Source: Vicinamibacteria bacterium
GTDB lineage: Bacteria > Acidobacteriota > Vicinamibacteria > Fen-336
Length of the DNA stretch: 64,000 bases
Direction of reading: 5' to 3'
NCBI GenBank assembly: GCA_041481445.1
Contig: JBGPBV010000016.1
Location: 12,432-76,431, forward strand
Numbering within the stretch: the stretch's first letter is position 1; the number at the start of each line of letters is the position of its first letter. The notes under the pieces are model-generated. The model worked only from the letters and a program-made list of their open reading frames with translations. It ran no database searches and had not been told where the DNA came from. Position numbers and translations under genes: made by a program. Shown here piece by piece: positions 1-9,340 of the stretch.

Positions 1-126
1 CGAGCAGGCGCCAGGAGGGTCGCACCCAGGAGGTCGTCAACCGCATCTCCTGCTAGCCTAGCAGCGGAGCCCCGGCGGCCGGCACTGGCACGCGCGCGGC
101 GCGGTTGCCGCGGGGCCGGCGATGGA

Positions 127-1236
127 GTGTACTGGACGGGCATGGCCGGCTCCCTGAACGACCTCCCCACGCCCGCCGTCCTCATCGACCTGGACGTGCT
201 CGAGCGCAACGTCCAGCGGATGGCAGAGGATGCGCGCGCCAAAGGCGTCCGCCTGCGGCCGCACGCCAAGACGCACAAGGTCCTCGAAGTCGGCCGGCTC
301 CAGCTCCGGGCGGGGGCGGCCGGGCTGACCCTGGCCAAGACCTCCGAGGCGGAGGTCTTCGCCGCCGCCGGCTTCGAGGACATCTTCCTCGGCTATCCCG
401 TGGTGGGCGCGGACAAGGCGCGACGGCTGCTCGCCCTGGCCGAGCGCGTGCGGATCCTGGTCGGCGTCGACTCCGTGGAAGGGGCGCGCACGCTGTCCGA
501 CGTGTTCGCCGCCGCCGGACGCCGCCTCGAGGTGCGGCTCAAGATCGACAGCGGCCTCCATCGCGTCGGGGTATTGCCGGAGCAGGCGGTGGGGATGGGC
601 CGCGCGGTCGCCGGGCTGCCGGGGTTGCGCCTCACGGGCGTGTTCACGCACGGCGGCCAGTCCTACGGCGAGACGAGCCGGGAGGGAGTCGCCGCCGTCG
701 GGCACCACGAGGGCGCGACGATGGCCGCGGTCGCGGACGCTCTGCGGGAGGCGGGGCTGCCCGTGGAGGAGGTCTCGGTCGGCTCGACTCCCACCGCCCG
801 CCACGCCATGGGGATGCGCGGAGTCACGGAATGCCGGCCCGGCACCTACGTCTACAACGACGCCTCCCAGGTCTCGCTCGGGGTGTGCGGCCTCGAGGAC
901 TGCGCGATCAGCGTCCTGGCGACGGTGGTCAGCGCGCCCGCCCCCGATCGCGCGGTGATCGACGCGGGCAGCAAGAGCCTCTCGAACGACCCCCTGCGGC
1001 CGCGCGCGGACGGCCACGGGTGGATCCGGGGACGTCGCGCCCGCGTGGCCCGGCTCAGCGAGGAGCACGGCGTCCTCGCCGTCGAGGAAGGCGAGCGGTT
1101 CCGGGTCGGGGAAAGGGTCCGCGTGCTGCCCAATCACGCCTGCGTGGTCTCGAACCTGTTCGACCGCGTCGTGGCCCACCGGGGAGAGAGCATCGAGGAG
1201 GAGTGGCGGGTGGCCGCGCGCGGCCGGGTGGAGTGA
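127..1236 (+). CDS. PLP-dependent D-serine/D-threonine deaminase- or aldolase-like enzyme (alanine-racemase-fold family)
   Basis: 369-aa ORF with a PHAKTHK lysine motif typical of alanine-racemase-fold PLP enzymes. An alternative start is at 145. The overlapping 58..1179(-) ORF is an Arg-rich frame artefact. Confidence 0.75.
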   Translation: MYWTGMAGSLNDLPTPAVLIDLDVLERNVQRMAEDARAKGVRLRPHAKTHKVLEVGRLQLRAGAAGLTLAKTSEAEVFAAAGFEDIFLGYPVVGADKARRLLALAERVRILVGVDSVEGARTLSDVFAAAGRRLEVRLKIDSGLHRVGVLPEQAVGMGRAVAGLPGLRLTGVFTHGGQSYGETSREGVAAVGHHEGATMAAVADALREAGLPVEEVSVGSTPTARHAMGMRGVTECRPGTYVYNDASQVSLGVCGLEDCAISVLATVVSAPAPDRAVIDAGSKSLSNDPLRPRADGHGWIRGRRARVARLSEEHGVLAVEEGERFRVGERVRVLPNHACVVSNLFDRVVAHRGESIEEEWRVAARGRVE

Positions 1237-1259
1237 GAGGCCGAGGCCCCTTGGCGTGA

Positions 1260-1463
1260 CTACCAGTCGAGCGGCTTGGGCGGCCGCTCGTACGCCGGCT
1301 TGGGCTTCCCCTCCGGTGTCTTCGTCTGCTTGAGTTGCTTGAGCTTCTGGTCCAGGGCGTCCCAGGTCTGCTCGTCCCGGGCCAGCGCCTCGTCCAGCCA
1401 GTCCCGGTAGGTCTTCTCTTTCGGTTCTTTCGAGGGGTCATCCTCGGGCATCGTCATCCTCAC
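1260..1463 (-). CDS. small charged hypothetical protein (about 63-67 aa)
   Basis: ORF with balanced K/E/D-rich composition, unlike GC-frame artefacts. The start is ambiguous (M1, M3 or M5). Confidence 0.4.
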   Translation of the reverse strand: MRMTMPEDDPSKEPKEKTYRDWLDEALARDEQTWDALDQKLKQLKQTKTPEGKPKPAYERPPKPLDW

Positions 1464-1643
1464 GGAACCACGCGGGCCTCGCCCGTGCCGCTCTCTTGGG
1501 GCGGCCCGGAGCGCGAACCCAGGGAATGTCGTGATCCAATCAGGCAGTACGTCCTTGTGCGATCAACGGTTTGTGTGGACGGTCACCCATCTTCACACCA
1601 ATTTACTTGACGCGTCATGTATTGTCGGACTAACGTACGCGGC

Positions 1644-2123
1644 ATGTCCCGGGTTCGGAGCGCCGTCCAGGAGGAGATCCGGCAGAGCCGGCCGTTCTCC
1701 TCGCCCTCCGAGGAGGGCGTGGTCGCGCTCGTGCGCACCGCGGACCTCCTGCGCCGCGCCCTGACCGGCGTGGTGGAGCCGCACGGGATCACGCTGCAGC
1801 AGTACAACGTGCTCCGCATCCTCCGCGGGGCCGGCCCCGAGGGGCTGCCCACGCTCGAGATCGCCGGCCGGATGATCGAGCACGCTCCGGGCGTGACGCG
1901 ACTGGTCGACCGGTTGCAGGCCAAGGGCCTGGTCCGGCGCCAGCGCTCGACGGAGGACCGCCGCGAGATCCGGTGCCGGATCGCGGCGGAAGGGCTCGAC
2001 CTCCTGGCGCGGCTCGACGGCCTGATGCAGGACGCCGCGCGGGAGTTCATGTCTCCGCTGGACGCCGAGGCGCTGGACCGCTTCATCCGCGACCTCGACG
2101 CGCTGCGCGCGGCCATCACGTGA
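1644..2123 (+). CDS. MarR-family transcriptional regulator
   Basis: Winged-helix MarR signature (LTLQQYNVLRIL...VTRLVDRLQAKGLVRR). ATG at 1644. Lies upstream of the YceI gene, a classic pairing. Confidence 0.85.
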   Translation: MSRVRSAVQEEIRQSRPFSSPSEEGVVALVRTADLLRRALTGVVEPHGITLQQYNVLRILRGAGPEGLPTLEIAGRMIEHAPGVTRLVDRLQAKGLVRRQRSTEDRREIRCRIAAEGLDLLARLDGLMQDAAREFMSPLDAEALDRFIRDLDALRAAIT

Positions 2124-2200
2124 GCCCGCGCGCCGAGGATCCCGGGAACGTCGTCGCCATCGCGGCCGGCCGCCTGCCGCCGCGCCATTCAAGGAGAGAA

Positions 2201-2803
2201 ATGATGATCCGTAAGCTGTCCCTCGCCGCCGCCGCCGCCTTCCTGGCCGCCTCCCCCGTCCTCGCCGACACCTGGGTGATCGACAAGAACCACTCGGAGA
2301 CCGGCTTCCAGATCCGCCACATGATGAGCAAGGTGCGCGGGCACTTCAACGACTACGCGGGCACGGTCGTCGTGGACCCGGCCAAGCCGGAGGCCGCCAC
2401 CGTGGAGTTCACCATCAAGGCCGCCACCATCGACACCGCCAACGAGAACCGGGACAAGGACCTGCGCAGCGCGAACTTCTTCGACGTCGAGAAGTTCCCC
2501 GAGATCAGCTTCAAGAGCACGAAGGTGAAGGCGGCGGGCAAGGACCGCTACGACGTCATCGGCACCCTGACCATGCACGGGGTCTCGAAGGAAGTGACGC
2601 TGCCCGTCCAGTACCTGGGCGTGGGCAAGGATCCCTGGGGCAACGAGAAGGCCGGCTTCTCCGCCGACGTCACCCTGAACCGCAAGGATTTCGGGATCAC
2701 CTGGAACAAGACTCTCGACAGCGGCGGCGTGCTGCTGGGCGACGACGTCTGGGTCTCCATAAACCTCGAAGCGGCAAAGAAGAAGGAGGCGGCCGCCAAC
2801 TGA
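2201..2803 (+). CDS. YceI-family periplasmic protein
   Basis: Starts MMIRKL with a signal peptide and has an AAGGAGAG RBS 6 nt upstream. Carries YceI motifs (HSETGFQIRHMMSKVRGHF, FPEISFKST, MHGVSKEVTLP). Confidence 0.85.
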   Translation: MMIRKLSLAAAAAFLAASPVLADTWVIDKNHSETGFQIRHMMSKVRGHFNDYAGTVVVDPAKPEAATVEFTIKAATIDTANENRDKDLRSANFFDVEKFPEISFKSTKVKAAGKDRYDVIGTLTMHGVSKEVTLPVQYLGVGKDPWGNEKAGFSADVTLNRKDFGITWNKTLDSGGVLLGDDVWVSINLEAAKKKEAAAN

Positions 2804-2854
2804 CGGAATAGCGCCCCGGGCTGGGCCGTACTCCTGAGGCAAGGAGGCCGGCCC

Positions 2855-3823
2855 ATGCCCTCGCCGCTCGCCGCTCCCACCCCTGTCCCGCTCGGCCCTC
2901 GACGGGCCGGCGCGGCGGCCGTCATCGCGTTGTCGTTCCTTCTCACCCCTTCCGCTCGGGCCGGCGTCTGGCAGGCGAGCGGGTCCCTCGTCGACCTCTC
3001 GGTCGAAGTCGAGGGATCCGCGGCGCCGCTCTATCCGGCACGCGACGGCTCCGGCCGCTACTACCTCGAGGCCCGCAGCGGCTCCGCGTACACCGTCCGC
3101 GTGGCCAACCGGAGCTCCCGGCGCCTCGGCGTCCTGCTCGCCGTCGACGGGCTCAACGCGATCAGCGGCGAGCGTGAGCCCGGTCCGACCGCGGCCGGCC
3201 GGCCGGGCCGCATGTACGTCATCGATCCCTGGGACGAGGTGAGGGTGCGCGGCTGGCGCACGTCGCTCGAGGACGTGAGGCAGTTCACGTTCGTGGACGA
3301 GCGGGCGTCGTACGCGACCCGGAGCGGACGCGCGAACGGGAAGATGGGCTGGATCGAGGCCTGGGTCTATCGCGAGCGCTTCGGCCCGCGGGTCTCGCGC
3401 GGCGGGACGGAGCCATGGGACCGCGGGTCGCGGCCGGAGGACCAGGCGGAGGAGCGCCCGCGGCGCGACATCCCCCCGCCCGACGCCGCCGGCACCCTCC
3501 CCGGCGCCGCTCCAGAAGGCGCGGCTCCCCCCGCCAGCGCGCCCCCGGCCGACGCCGACGCGTCCAGGGAGCGCGCCGAAGGCCTCCGCAAGGCGCAGCC
3601 CTCCGAAGAGTCGTACCCCGGCACCGGCTGGGGCAGCCGCGCCTGGGACCCCGCGACGGTGGTGAGCTTCGTGGCCGAGGCCCGCCCCTCCGACGGCGTG
3701 ACCATCCGCTACGAGTACGCGCCCGCGCTCCGCGCCCTCGGCCTGATCCCGCCGCCGTGGCATCGCGACCGCCTGGCCGAGCGCGAGCGCGGCGAGGGAT
3801 TCGCGCGGCCGCCCGCCTGGTGA
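2855..3823 (+). CDS. secreted hypothetical protein with a Pro/Ala/acidic low-complexity linker
   Basis: N-terminal signal peptide (AAAVIALSFLLTPSARAGV). Coding-like composition. No recognisable family. Confidence 0.55.
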   Translation: MPSPLAAPTPVPLGPRRAGAAAVIALSFLLTPSARAGVWQASGSLVDLSVEVEGSAAPLYPARDGSGRYYLEARSGSAYTVRVANRSSRRLGVLLAVDGLNAISGEREPGPTAAGRPGRMYVIDPWDEVRVRGWRTSLEDVRQFTFVDERASYATRSGRANGKMGWIEAWVYRERFGPRVSRGGTEPWDRGSRPEDQAEERPRRDIPPPDAAGTLPGAAPEGAAPPASAPPADADASRERAEGLRKAQPSEESYPGTGWGSRAWDPATVVSFVAEARPSDGVTIRYEYAPALRALGLIPPPWHRDRLAERERGEGFARPPAW

Positions 3824-3856
3824 GGCGGCAGATCGCCAAGCCGTAGCGGGGAAAGG

Positions 3857-5641
3857 TCAGCGGCCGCCGGCCACGAGCAGCGTCTCCGCCAGCTCGAACA
3901 CGTCGGCCGGCCAGAACGTCCTCGGGCGCGGGTGGTGCGCGAACCCCGCCACGGGATGGCAGCTCAGGACCATCGAGCGCCATTGCGCCGGTATCCCCGC
4001 GCGTCCATGGAGGGCGCCGAGCAGCGCCCCCGCGATGGCGGCGTTGGTGTCGGTGTCGCCGCCGCGGAGGACGGTCGCGGCCAGGCCCTCCTCCACCGTC
4101 CGCGCCCGCAGCGCTTCGTGGAACGCGTTCTGCAGCGCGATGAGGACCCAGCCCTGCTGCGGGCCGTCGGCGGGCCGGGCGGCCCCCGCCGCCGCCTCCA
4201 GCGCCTCCCGCACCGCGGGGACCGCGGGCGCGCCTCGCGCCCAGTCCAGGGCGGCCCGATACGCGCCCTCCGCCCCGTCGCCGCGGTCGATCGCGTGCGC
4301 GATCGCGACCACGAACGCGGCCGTGGCGTCGCCGCACACGGGATGGGGATGGGTGAGCGCGGCGTCGGCGCGGCCCAGCTCCGCGGCCCCCCGCGCCTCC
4401 AGGCGGTGGGCGAGCACGCCGAGCGGGCTCGCGCGCATCAAGGAGCCGTTGGCCTGGCTGTCGCGGCGGGGCGCGCCTTCCAGGGCGGCGCGGACCGTGG
4501 TGCCGACGTCGAAGGGCGCGGAATCCAGCCACCGGCGGTAGGCGTCGAAGGCGCGCGCGGGGTCGTAGCCGCCGCCGTCGACGATCGTGCGCGCCAGCGC
4601 CAGCGCCATCTCGCCGTCGTCGGTGGGCTGGCCGGCCAGGAGGTGCCACCGGCCGCCGTCGACGAGCTGGCGCGGACCGTCCGGGTAGAGGCGCCGGACC
4701 TCGTCCGCGGAGGCGAACTCCACGAGCGCACCCAGGTTGTCACCCGCGATCTGCCCGAGCAGGCAGCCCTGCGCCCGCGCCAGCCGCTCCGCGTCCGCGA
4801 TCGCCACTCCCGGGCGAAGGCGGGCCGGGCGCTCGGCGCCCCAGGGGCCGGCGGACACGTTCCACGGCCGCGCGGCCAGGGCCTGGCTCACCTCGAGCGA
4901 CCCCGCGAACGCGCGGGCGGAGCGGCTGTCGCCGCCGCCGTCGTAGATCATCGGCCGGCCGCTCTCGTCCACCACGGCGCCGCCCGCCGCCCGGACCATG
5001 GCGTCACCCCCCCCGTAGTCCCAGGCGCAGGGCGCGAACAGGGCGCTGGCCGCCGCCCCCTCCCCGCTCGCCACCAGGGCCAGCCGGTGGGCGATCGAGG
5101 GCACGCTGCGGTAGCGCGCGGGGGCCACGTTGCGGAGGTTGCCGCCGGGATCGCGCTCGCCGTTGCTGGAGACGAGCACGATCTGCGCGCGGTCGAGCCG
5201 GGCGGGCGGTGACGCCTCGGCGGCGCGGCCGTTGCGCTGGAGCGGCCCCCGGCCCTCCGCCCATGCGAAGAGGTCGCCGCGGTCGTCCGGATAGCCGAAC
5301 GCGAACACGACGCCGAGGACGGGCTGGCCCTCGCGCGCGAGCCCGATCGAGACCGCGCTCCCGCGCCGGCCGGCCAGGTAGTCGCGCGTGCCGTCGTTGG
5401 GATCCACGAGCCAGATGGGCTGGCCGGGCTGGCCGGCCTGGACGCCCGTCTCCTCGCCGCGATAGCCCCAGCCCGGGAAGGCCTGGAGGAGGCGCGCGCG
5501 GACCTCGCGCTCCGCCTCCGTGTCCGCCTCCGCCTTGTCGCCCCCCCCGCGCGCCCCGTCCGGGCGGTGGAAATCCGCGCGCAGGATCTCGCCCGCGCGG
5601 AGCGCCGCCTCCATCGCGACCGAGAGGGCGCGCTCGAGCAT
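3857..5641 (-). CDS. fusion protein: inositol-monophosphatase-family (IMPase/CysQ/FBPase-like) domain plus ADP-ribosylglycohydrolase (DraG/ARH) domain
   Basis: The true start is MLERAL at 5641; the upstream part of ORF 3857..6124 is artefact. IMPase motifs: WLVDPNDGTRDY and WDYGGG. ARH motifs: GCLLGQIAGDNLGALVEF, GQPTDDGEMALALA, GGDTDTNAAIAGALLGA. Confidence 0.75.
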   Translation of the reverse strand: MLERALSVAMEAALRAGEILRADFHRPDGARGGGDKAEADTEAEREVRARLLQAFPGWGYRGEETGVQAGQPGQPIWLVDPNDGTRDYLAGRRGSAVSIGLAREGQPVLGVVFAFGYPDDRGDLFAWAEGRGPLQRNGRAAEASPPARLDRAQIVLVSSNGERDPGGNLRNVAPARYRSVPSIAHRLALVASGEGAAASALFAPCAWDYGGGDAMVRAAGGAVVDESGRPMIYDGGGDSRSARAFAGSLEVSQALAARPWNVSAGPWGAERPARLRPGVAIADAERLARAQGCLLGQIAGDNLGALVEFASADEVRRLYPDGPRQLVDGGRWHLLAGQPTDDGEMALALARTIVDGGGYDPARAFDAYRRWLDSAPFDVGTTVRAALEGAPRRDSQANGSLMRASPLGVLAHRLEARGAAELGRADAALTHPHPVCGDATAAFVVAIAHAIDRGDGAEGAYRAALDWARGAPAVPAVREALEAAAGAARPADGPQQGWVLIALQNAFHEALRARTVEEGLAATVLRGGDTDTNAAIAGALLGALHGRAGIPAQWRSMVLSCHPVAGFAHHPRPRTFWPADVFELAETLLVAGGR

Positions 5642-5704
5642 CCGGAATTGTACCGGCGCGCGCTCGTTGACGCTCGCATGGACGCCGCGTACGCTTCTTC
5701 GATC

Positions 5705-6337
5705 ATGGCCCTGATCCAGTTCGTGGAGAACTACGACGATCTTTCGACCGACCGCGGCTTCCAGTTCAAGTTCTATTGCGACAAGTGCCGCAACGGGTAC
5801 ATGTCGGCCTTCCAGGCCTCGGTGGTGGGCACCGCGGGCAGCCTCCTCCGCGCCGCGGGCGACCTCTTCGGCGGCGTGTTCAGCCAGGCCGGCTCCAGCG
5901 CCTACGAGATCCAGCGCGCGGTGGGCGGCCAGGCCCACGACAGCGCGCTGCAGGCCGCGGTCACGGAGGTCAAGCCCAACTTCACGCAGTGCGTGCGCTG
6001 CGGGAAGTGGGTCTGCAACACCGTGTGCTGGAATGCCGACCGGGGCCTCTGCTCCAACTGCGCCCCCCAGACCGAGGAGGAGATCGCGGCCGCCCAGGCC
6101 CAGGCCCAGGTGGAGCAGATCCACTCCAAGGTGCGCGAGCGCGACCAGACGAGGGGCCTCGACCTCGACGACCAGATGGTCGCGCGCTGCCCCAAGTGCT
6201 CAGCCCAGACCGCGGGCGGGAAGTTCTGCCCCGAGTGCGGCGCCCCCCTCCACCCGCGGGACGCCTGCGCCCAGTGCGGGGCCAAGATGGCCCCGGCGGC
6301 GAAGTTCTGTCCCGAGTGCGGGGCCCGGAGGGCCTGA
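5705..6337 (+). CDS. multi-zinc-ribbon protein (Cys-rich N-domain plus C-terminal double zinc ribbon)
   Basis: ATG at 5705 (MALIQFVENYDD). N-domain cysteines: CDKC...CVRCGKWVC...CSNC. C-terminal ribbons: CPKC..FCPECGA and CAQCG..FCPECGA. Divergent from the IMPase-ARH gene with a 63-nt spacer. Confidence 0.65.
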   Translation: MALIQFVENYDDLSTDRGFQFKFYCDKCRNGYMSAFQASVVGTAGSLLRAAGDLFGGVFSQAGSSAYEIQRAVGGQAHDSALQAAVTEVKPNFTQCVRCGKWVCNTVCWNADRGLCSNCAPQTEEEIAAAQAQAQVEQIHSKVRERDQTRGLDLDDQMVARCPKCSAQTAGGKFCPECGAPLHPRDACAQCGAKMAPAAKFCPECGARRA

Positions 6338-6342
6338 GGGGC

Positions 6343-6531
6343 TCAGGCCGGGTCCGGGCGGGACACGAAGAGCGCGCAGGCGAGAACAGGCTGGGGCGGG
6401 TAGCGCTGCAGCAGCGGACAATAGATGAAGACCGACCCGCGGTCGCTCGTCACGTAGCGCGGCGGGGCCGCGCAGCGGTGGCAGAGGCTCTCCGGAAAGG
6501 GGTAAGGGTCGGGCCGGCCCTCGGGCACTAG
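6343..6531 (-). CDS. small Cys-rich protein (about 62 aa; CHRC...YCP...C)
   Basis: Only the C-terminal 62 codons of ORF 6343..6852 look coding. A GTG start overlaps the stop of 6528..6944. Sequence: PEGRPDPYPFPESLCHRCAAPPRYVTSDRGSVFIYCPLLQRY. Confidence 0.3.
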   Translation of the reverse strand, partial: LVPEGRPDPYPFPESLCHRCAAPPRYVTSDRGSVFIYCPLLQRYPPQPVLACALFVSRPDPA

Positions 6532-6944
6532 ACGGGTCGGCGCGGAGGGGTCAGCTCGGAGCGCCGATGGTCGCGCCGCTCCAGGATCTCGGCCGCGCAA
6601 CGCAGCGCGCCCGCGTCCTCCTCCTGCAGCCCGTAGGCCCGGCCGATCGCGTCCACTTCGTTCTGGTCCGGCGTGGGGGCGCTGCCGCCGGGCGTCTCCT
6701 CGCCCACGTACTCGTTGGCCAGGAAACGGTCGTCGGGATCGCCGACGCGGATCGTCTCGCCGGCGCGTGGGATCTCCGCCCGGCGGCTCGCGCGGGCCGC
6801 CCGCGGCAGCACTCCGGTGCGCAAGGCCTCGGCCGCCACCGCGGTCGCGCAACTCGTGTACCGCCCGTTCACTTCGTCGAGGGGAGGCAGCCGGAGGGTT
6901 CCCGGCCGGTCGTCACGCGATTTCCGCCTCGTGCGTACCGCCAT
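6528..6944 (-). CDS. hypothetical acidic protein (138 aa)
   Basis: ORF with coding-like composition (EYVGEETPGG...DQNEVDAIGRAYGLQEEDAGAL). Its TAG stop overlaps the GTG of the next small ORF (TAGTG). Confidence 0.4.
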   Translation of the reverse strand: MAVRTRRKSRDDRPGTLRLPPLDEVNGRYTSCATAVAAEALRTGVLPRAARASRRAEIPRAGETIRVGDPDDRFLANEYVGEETPGGSAPTPDQNEVDAIGRAYGLQEEDAGALRCAAEILERRDHRRSELTPPRRPV

Positions 6945-7008
6945 CGTCGATCCCGGTCATACCCTGCTCCTCCAACACGTCGCTGGTCAAGGATTTTCTT
7001 TGCCCCCG

Positions 7009-7425
7009 TCACGATGCGGCATCCACCTGGAAGGCACGATCCGCCACCACGCGGCCGTCGATGAGGATCTCGACCCGGTACTGCCCCGGAGCCCATCCCG
7101 CCGGGTTGAACACGTGGAACTCGCTCACGGTGGTGCCGTCGGGCGCGATCTTCTGTGCCGTCTCCTCGAGCAGCGCGCCCTGGTAGGTCCATCGCGCGGA
7201 CATCACCGCCCGCCGCGCCTCGCCGTCCGTGACCACCGACGCGAAGATGACGTCCCCGGGCGCGAACGTGCCGGCGGGCGCGGTGACGCGCTTGTCCGCG
7301 CCCACCGCCCGTCCGACCTCGACGTCGACGACCTTGAGCTCGGCGTTGGGCGGGAAGGCCGAGCGCGGCACGGAGCAGCCGCTCGAGGCGAGGACGGCGA
7401 CGGCGAGGAGGGGGACGGGGCGCAT
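7009..7425 (-). CDS. lipoprotein (hypothetical)
   Basis: Signal peptide and lipobox (MRPVPLLAVAVLASSGC). An alternative start is at 7452. Confidence 0.6.
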   Translation of the reverse strand: MRPVPLLAVAVLASSGCSVPRSAFPPNAELKVVDVEVGRAVGADKRVTAPAGTFAPGDVIFASVVTDGEARRAVMSARWTYQGALLEETAQKIAPDGTTVSEFHVFNPAGWAPGQYRVEILIDGRVVADRAFQVDAAS

Positions 7426-7545
7426 CGGGGTTTCCGGCTCGTCTTCCAGCATGATAGCCCGCGGCCCGTGTCCGGTCGGGCACTTTGCCCACGATCACGC
7501 GCGGCGCCGCCGAGCGGAACGCGTCTTGCTGCCTTCCGGAAGTAC

Positions 7546-8844
7546 ATGGTGCCAAAGGGACCGCCGGCGACCGACCGCAGCGAGCGCGCGCGAGCGGGCA
7601 GGCTTCGGCCCACGACCTGGGTGCTCCTCGTGGCCCTGGTCGTGGCCCTCTCGGGCCTGGCCGTGCGCTTCCGATGGGAGCGAGGTGCGGAGGCGGACGC
7701 ACCTGGCCCCGAATCGGCGGCGGCGCCACCTCCGGCCGTTCCTCCGGCCCAGGTGAATCACTGGAAGGAAGCGGCGCGCCGCGTGGAGGAGGACCGCGGT
7801 GAGCCGGTCGGTCGTGCCGCGCATATCCACGTCCCGTCCGAGCTGCGGCACTACGCCGACCGGCGGCGGTTCCTCGCCGTGCAGGTGGCGGCGTGGATGG
7901 AGAAGGACTACCCGATCCCGCACGACGAGGCCGAGCTCGCGCAGATGATCGGCCAAGGCGACCTGGTCGAGGTGCCCGCGCTGGGCGACCACTACATCCT
8001 CTACGGCGTGGGGGCGAACGCCACCGGCGAGCCGCTCGCCCACTACGACCGCGCCACCGGCGCCGAGGTCCCGCTGTACGGCCGCTACGATCTCTTCCAG
8101 GACCGTGCGGCCGAGATGGCCCAGGAGATCCAGGCGATGAAGGCGGCGGCGTCCGAGGCCGCGGCGCAGGCGGCGCGGCTCCCCCGAACCCAGGCCCGAC
8201 GGCGGCGCGCGCTCCTTGCCCAGGCCCGCAAGGCCAGGCAAGAGGCGGCGGCGCTCGAGAAGGAGAAGGCACGCGCGGCCGCCTGGTACGACGACTACGA
8301 CAAGCGCCGCCGGCTGGTCTCCGAGCGCCAGACGCTCGAGGACTTCGCGCGGCACCTGGGGAAGCGGCCGTACGACCTCGACGATCCGAAGGACCGCCGC
8401 GCCTTCCGCGGCCGGCTGCTGGGCTTCCTCCGGCCGGCCGCGCGCGACGTCCTGCTCGAGCTGGCCGCCCGCTACGACCAGCGCTTCCATCGCCCTCTGC
8501 CGGTGACGTCGCTCGTCCGCACCCTGGCCTACCAGCGCCTGCTCGGCGAGACCAACCCGAACGCGACGCACATCTCGATCCCGCCCCACACGACGGGCCT
8601 GGCCTTCGACGTGTACGACCGCTACATGACGGGCCCGGAGCAGGACGCGCTCATGGACATGGTCGCGGAGCTCGAGAGGAACGGCCGCGTGGAAGCCCTC
8701 CGCGAGAACCGCGACCACATCCACATGCTGGCGTTCGCGGACGGGCGGCGGCCTCCGGAATCGCTGATCGCGGAGGCCCTCGGCGTGGTGCGGCCCTGGA
8801 CGCGCGTGGCCGCGCGCCACGGCGGGGTGGCCGGCACGCCCTAG
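7546..8844 (+). CDS. membrane-anchored protein with coiled-coil region and C-terminal peptidase-M15 (VanY-like D-Ala-D-Ala carboxypeptidase) domain
   Basis: ATG at 7546 followed by a TM helix (TTWVLLVALVVALSGLAV). M15-like motifs HTTGLAFDV and a C-terminal DHIHM. The upstream part of ORF 6673..8844 is artefact. Confidence 0.55.
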   Translation: MVPKGPPATDRSERARAGRLRPTTWVLLVALVVALSGLAVRFRWERGAEADAPGPESAAAPPPAVPPAQVNHWKEAARRVEEDRGEPVGRAAHIHVPSELRHYADRRRFLAVQVAAWMEKDYPIPHDEAELAQMIGQGDLVEVPALGDHYILYGVGANATGEPLAHYDRATGAEVPLYGRYDLFQDRAAEMAQEIQAMKAAASEAAAQAARLPRTQARRRRALLAQARKARQEAAALEKEKARAAAWYDDYDKRRRLVSERQTLEDFARHLGKRPYDLDDPKDRRAFRGRLLGFLRPAARDVLLELAARYDQRFHRPLPVTSLVRTLAYQRLLGETNPNATHISIPPHTTGLAFDVYDRYMTGPEQDALMDMVAELERNGRVEALRENRDHIHMLAFADGRRPPESLIAEALGVVRPWTRVAARHGGVAGTP

Positions 8845-8860
8845 TGTCTCGTGGCCGACG

Positions 8861-9238
8861 TCAGTTGGCGTGGTGGGTGGCGTCCGTCATCACGAGCCCG
8901 GAGCCGATCTGCTCGGGCAGCTTGATGATCGTGCCGAGGTCCGCCACGTCGCGGATCTTGCCCTCGACCTTCACGCGGGCGCCCCGCCGGGGGACGCCGT
9001 GGCTCGAGATCACCCAGATCGTGCCCGTCCCGTCGTCGAGCTTGAAGGCGCCGTGACCGAGAAGGGACATGCTCTCCAGGACGTTCCCGGCGAGTTGGAC
9101 GTCGTCGCGGTGGGTGTACTTCTGCGGCTCGGCCAGGATGCGCGCCACCGTCGTCGTGGCACAGCCCATCGAGGACAGGGTCAGGGCGCCGAGCAGGAGC
9201 AGCACCCCTGTCCGCGGCGCCGGTTTCATGTAGGCCAT
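8861..9238 (-). CDS. small lipoprotein (OB-fold-like, hypothetical)
   Basis: MAYMKPAPRTGVLLLLGALTLSSMGC lipobox. About 125 aa. Start at 9238 or 9229. Confidence 0.55.
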   Translation of the reverse strand: MAYMKPAPRTGVLLLLGALTLSSMGCATTTVARILAEPQKYTHRDDVQLAGNVLESMSLLGHGAFKLDDGTGTIWVISSHGVPRRGARVKVEGKIRDVADLGTIIKLPEQIGSGLVMTDATHHAN

Positions 9239-9340
9239 GCAGGATCTCCCCTCGTCTTCTAGCGTAGCATCGGACCCCCGCGAGTTCCGGGCGCTCGATT
9301 TCGGACCCGCGAAGGTGCAACATGCGGCCCCGAAGTCCTT

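Noticed and set aside
58-8820. Other large Arg-rich ORFs (58..1179-, 2189..3763-, 3285..4649-, 6869..8272-, 7495..8820-, N-terminal extensions of 3857..6124 and 6673..8844)
   Set aside because: Same GC-frame artefact. Each overlaps a frame with clear family motifs, and the true starts were reassigned to internal ATG or GTG codons.
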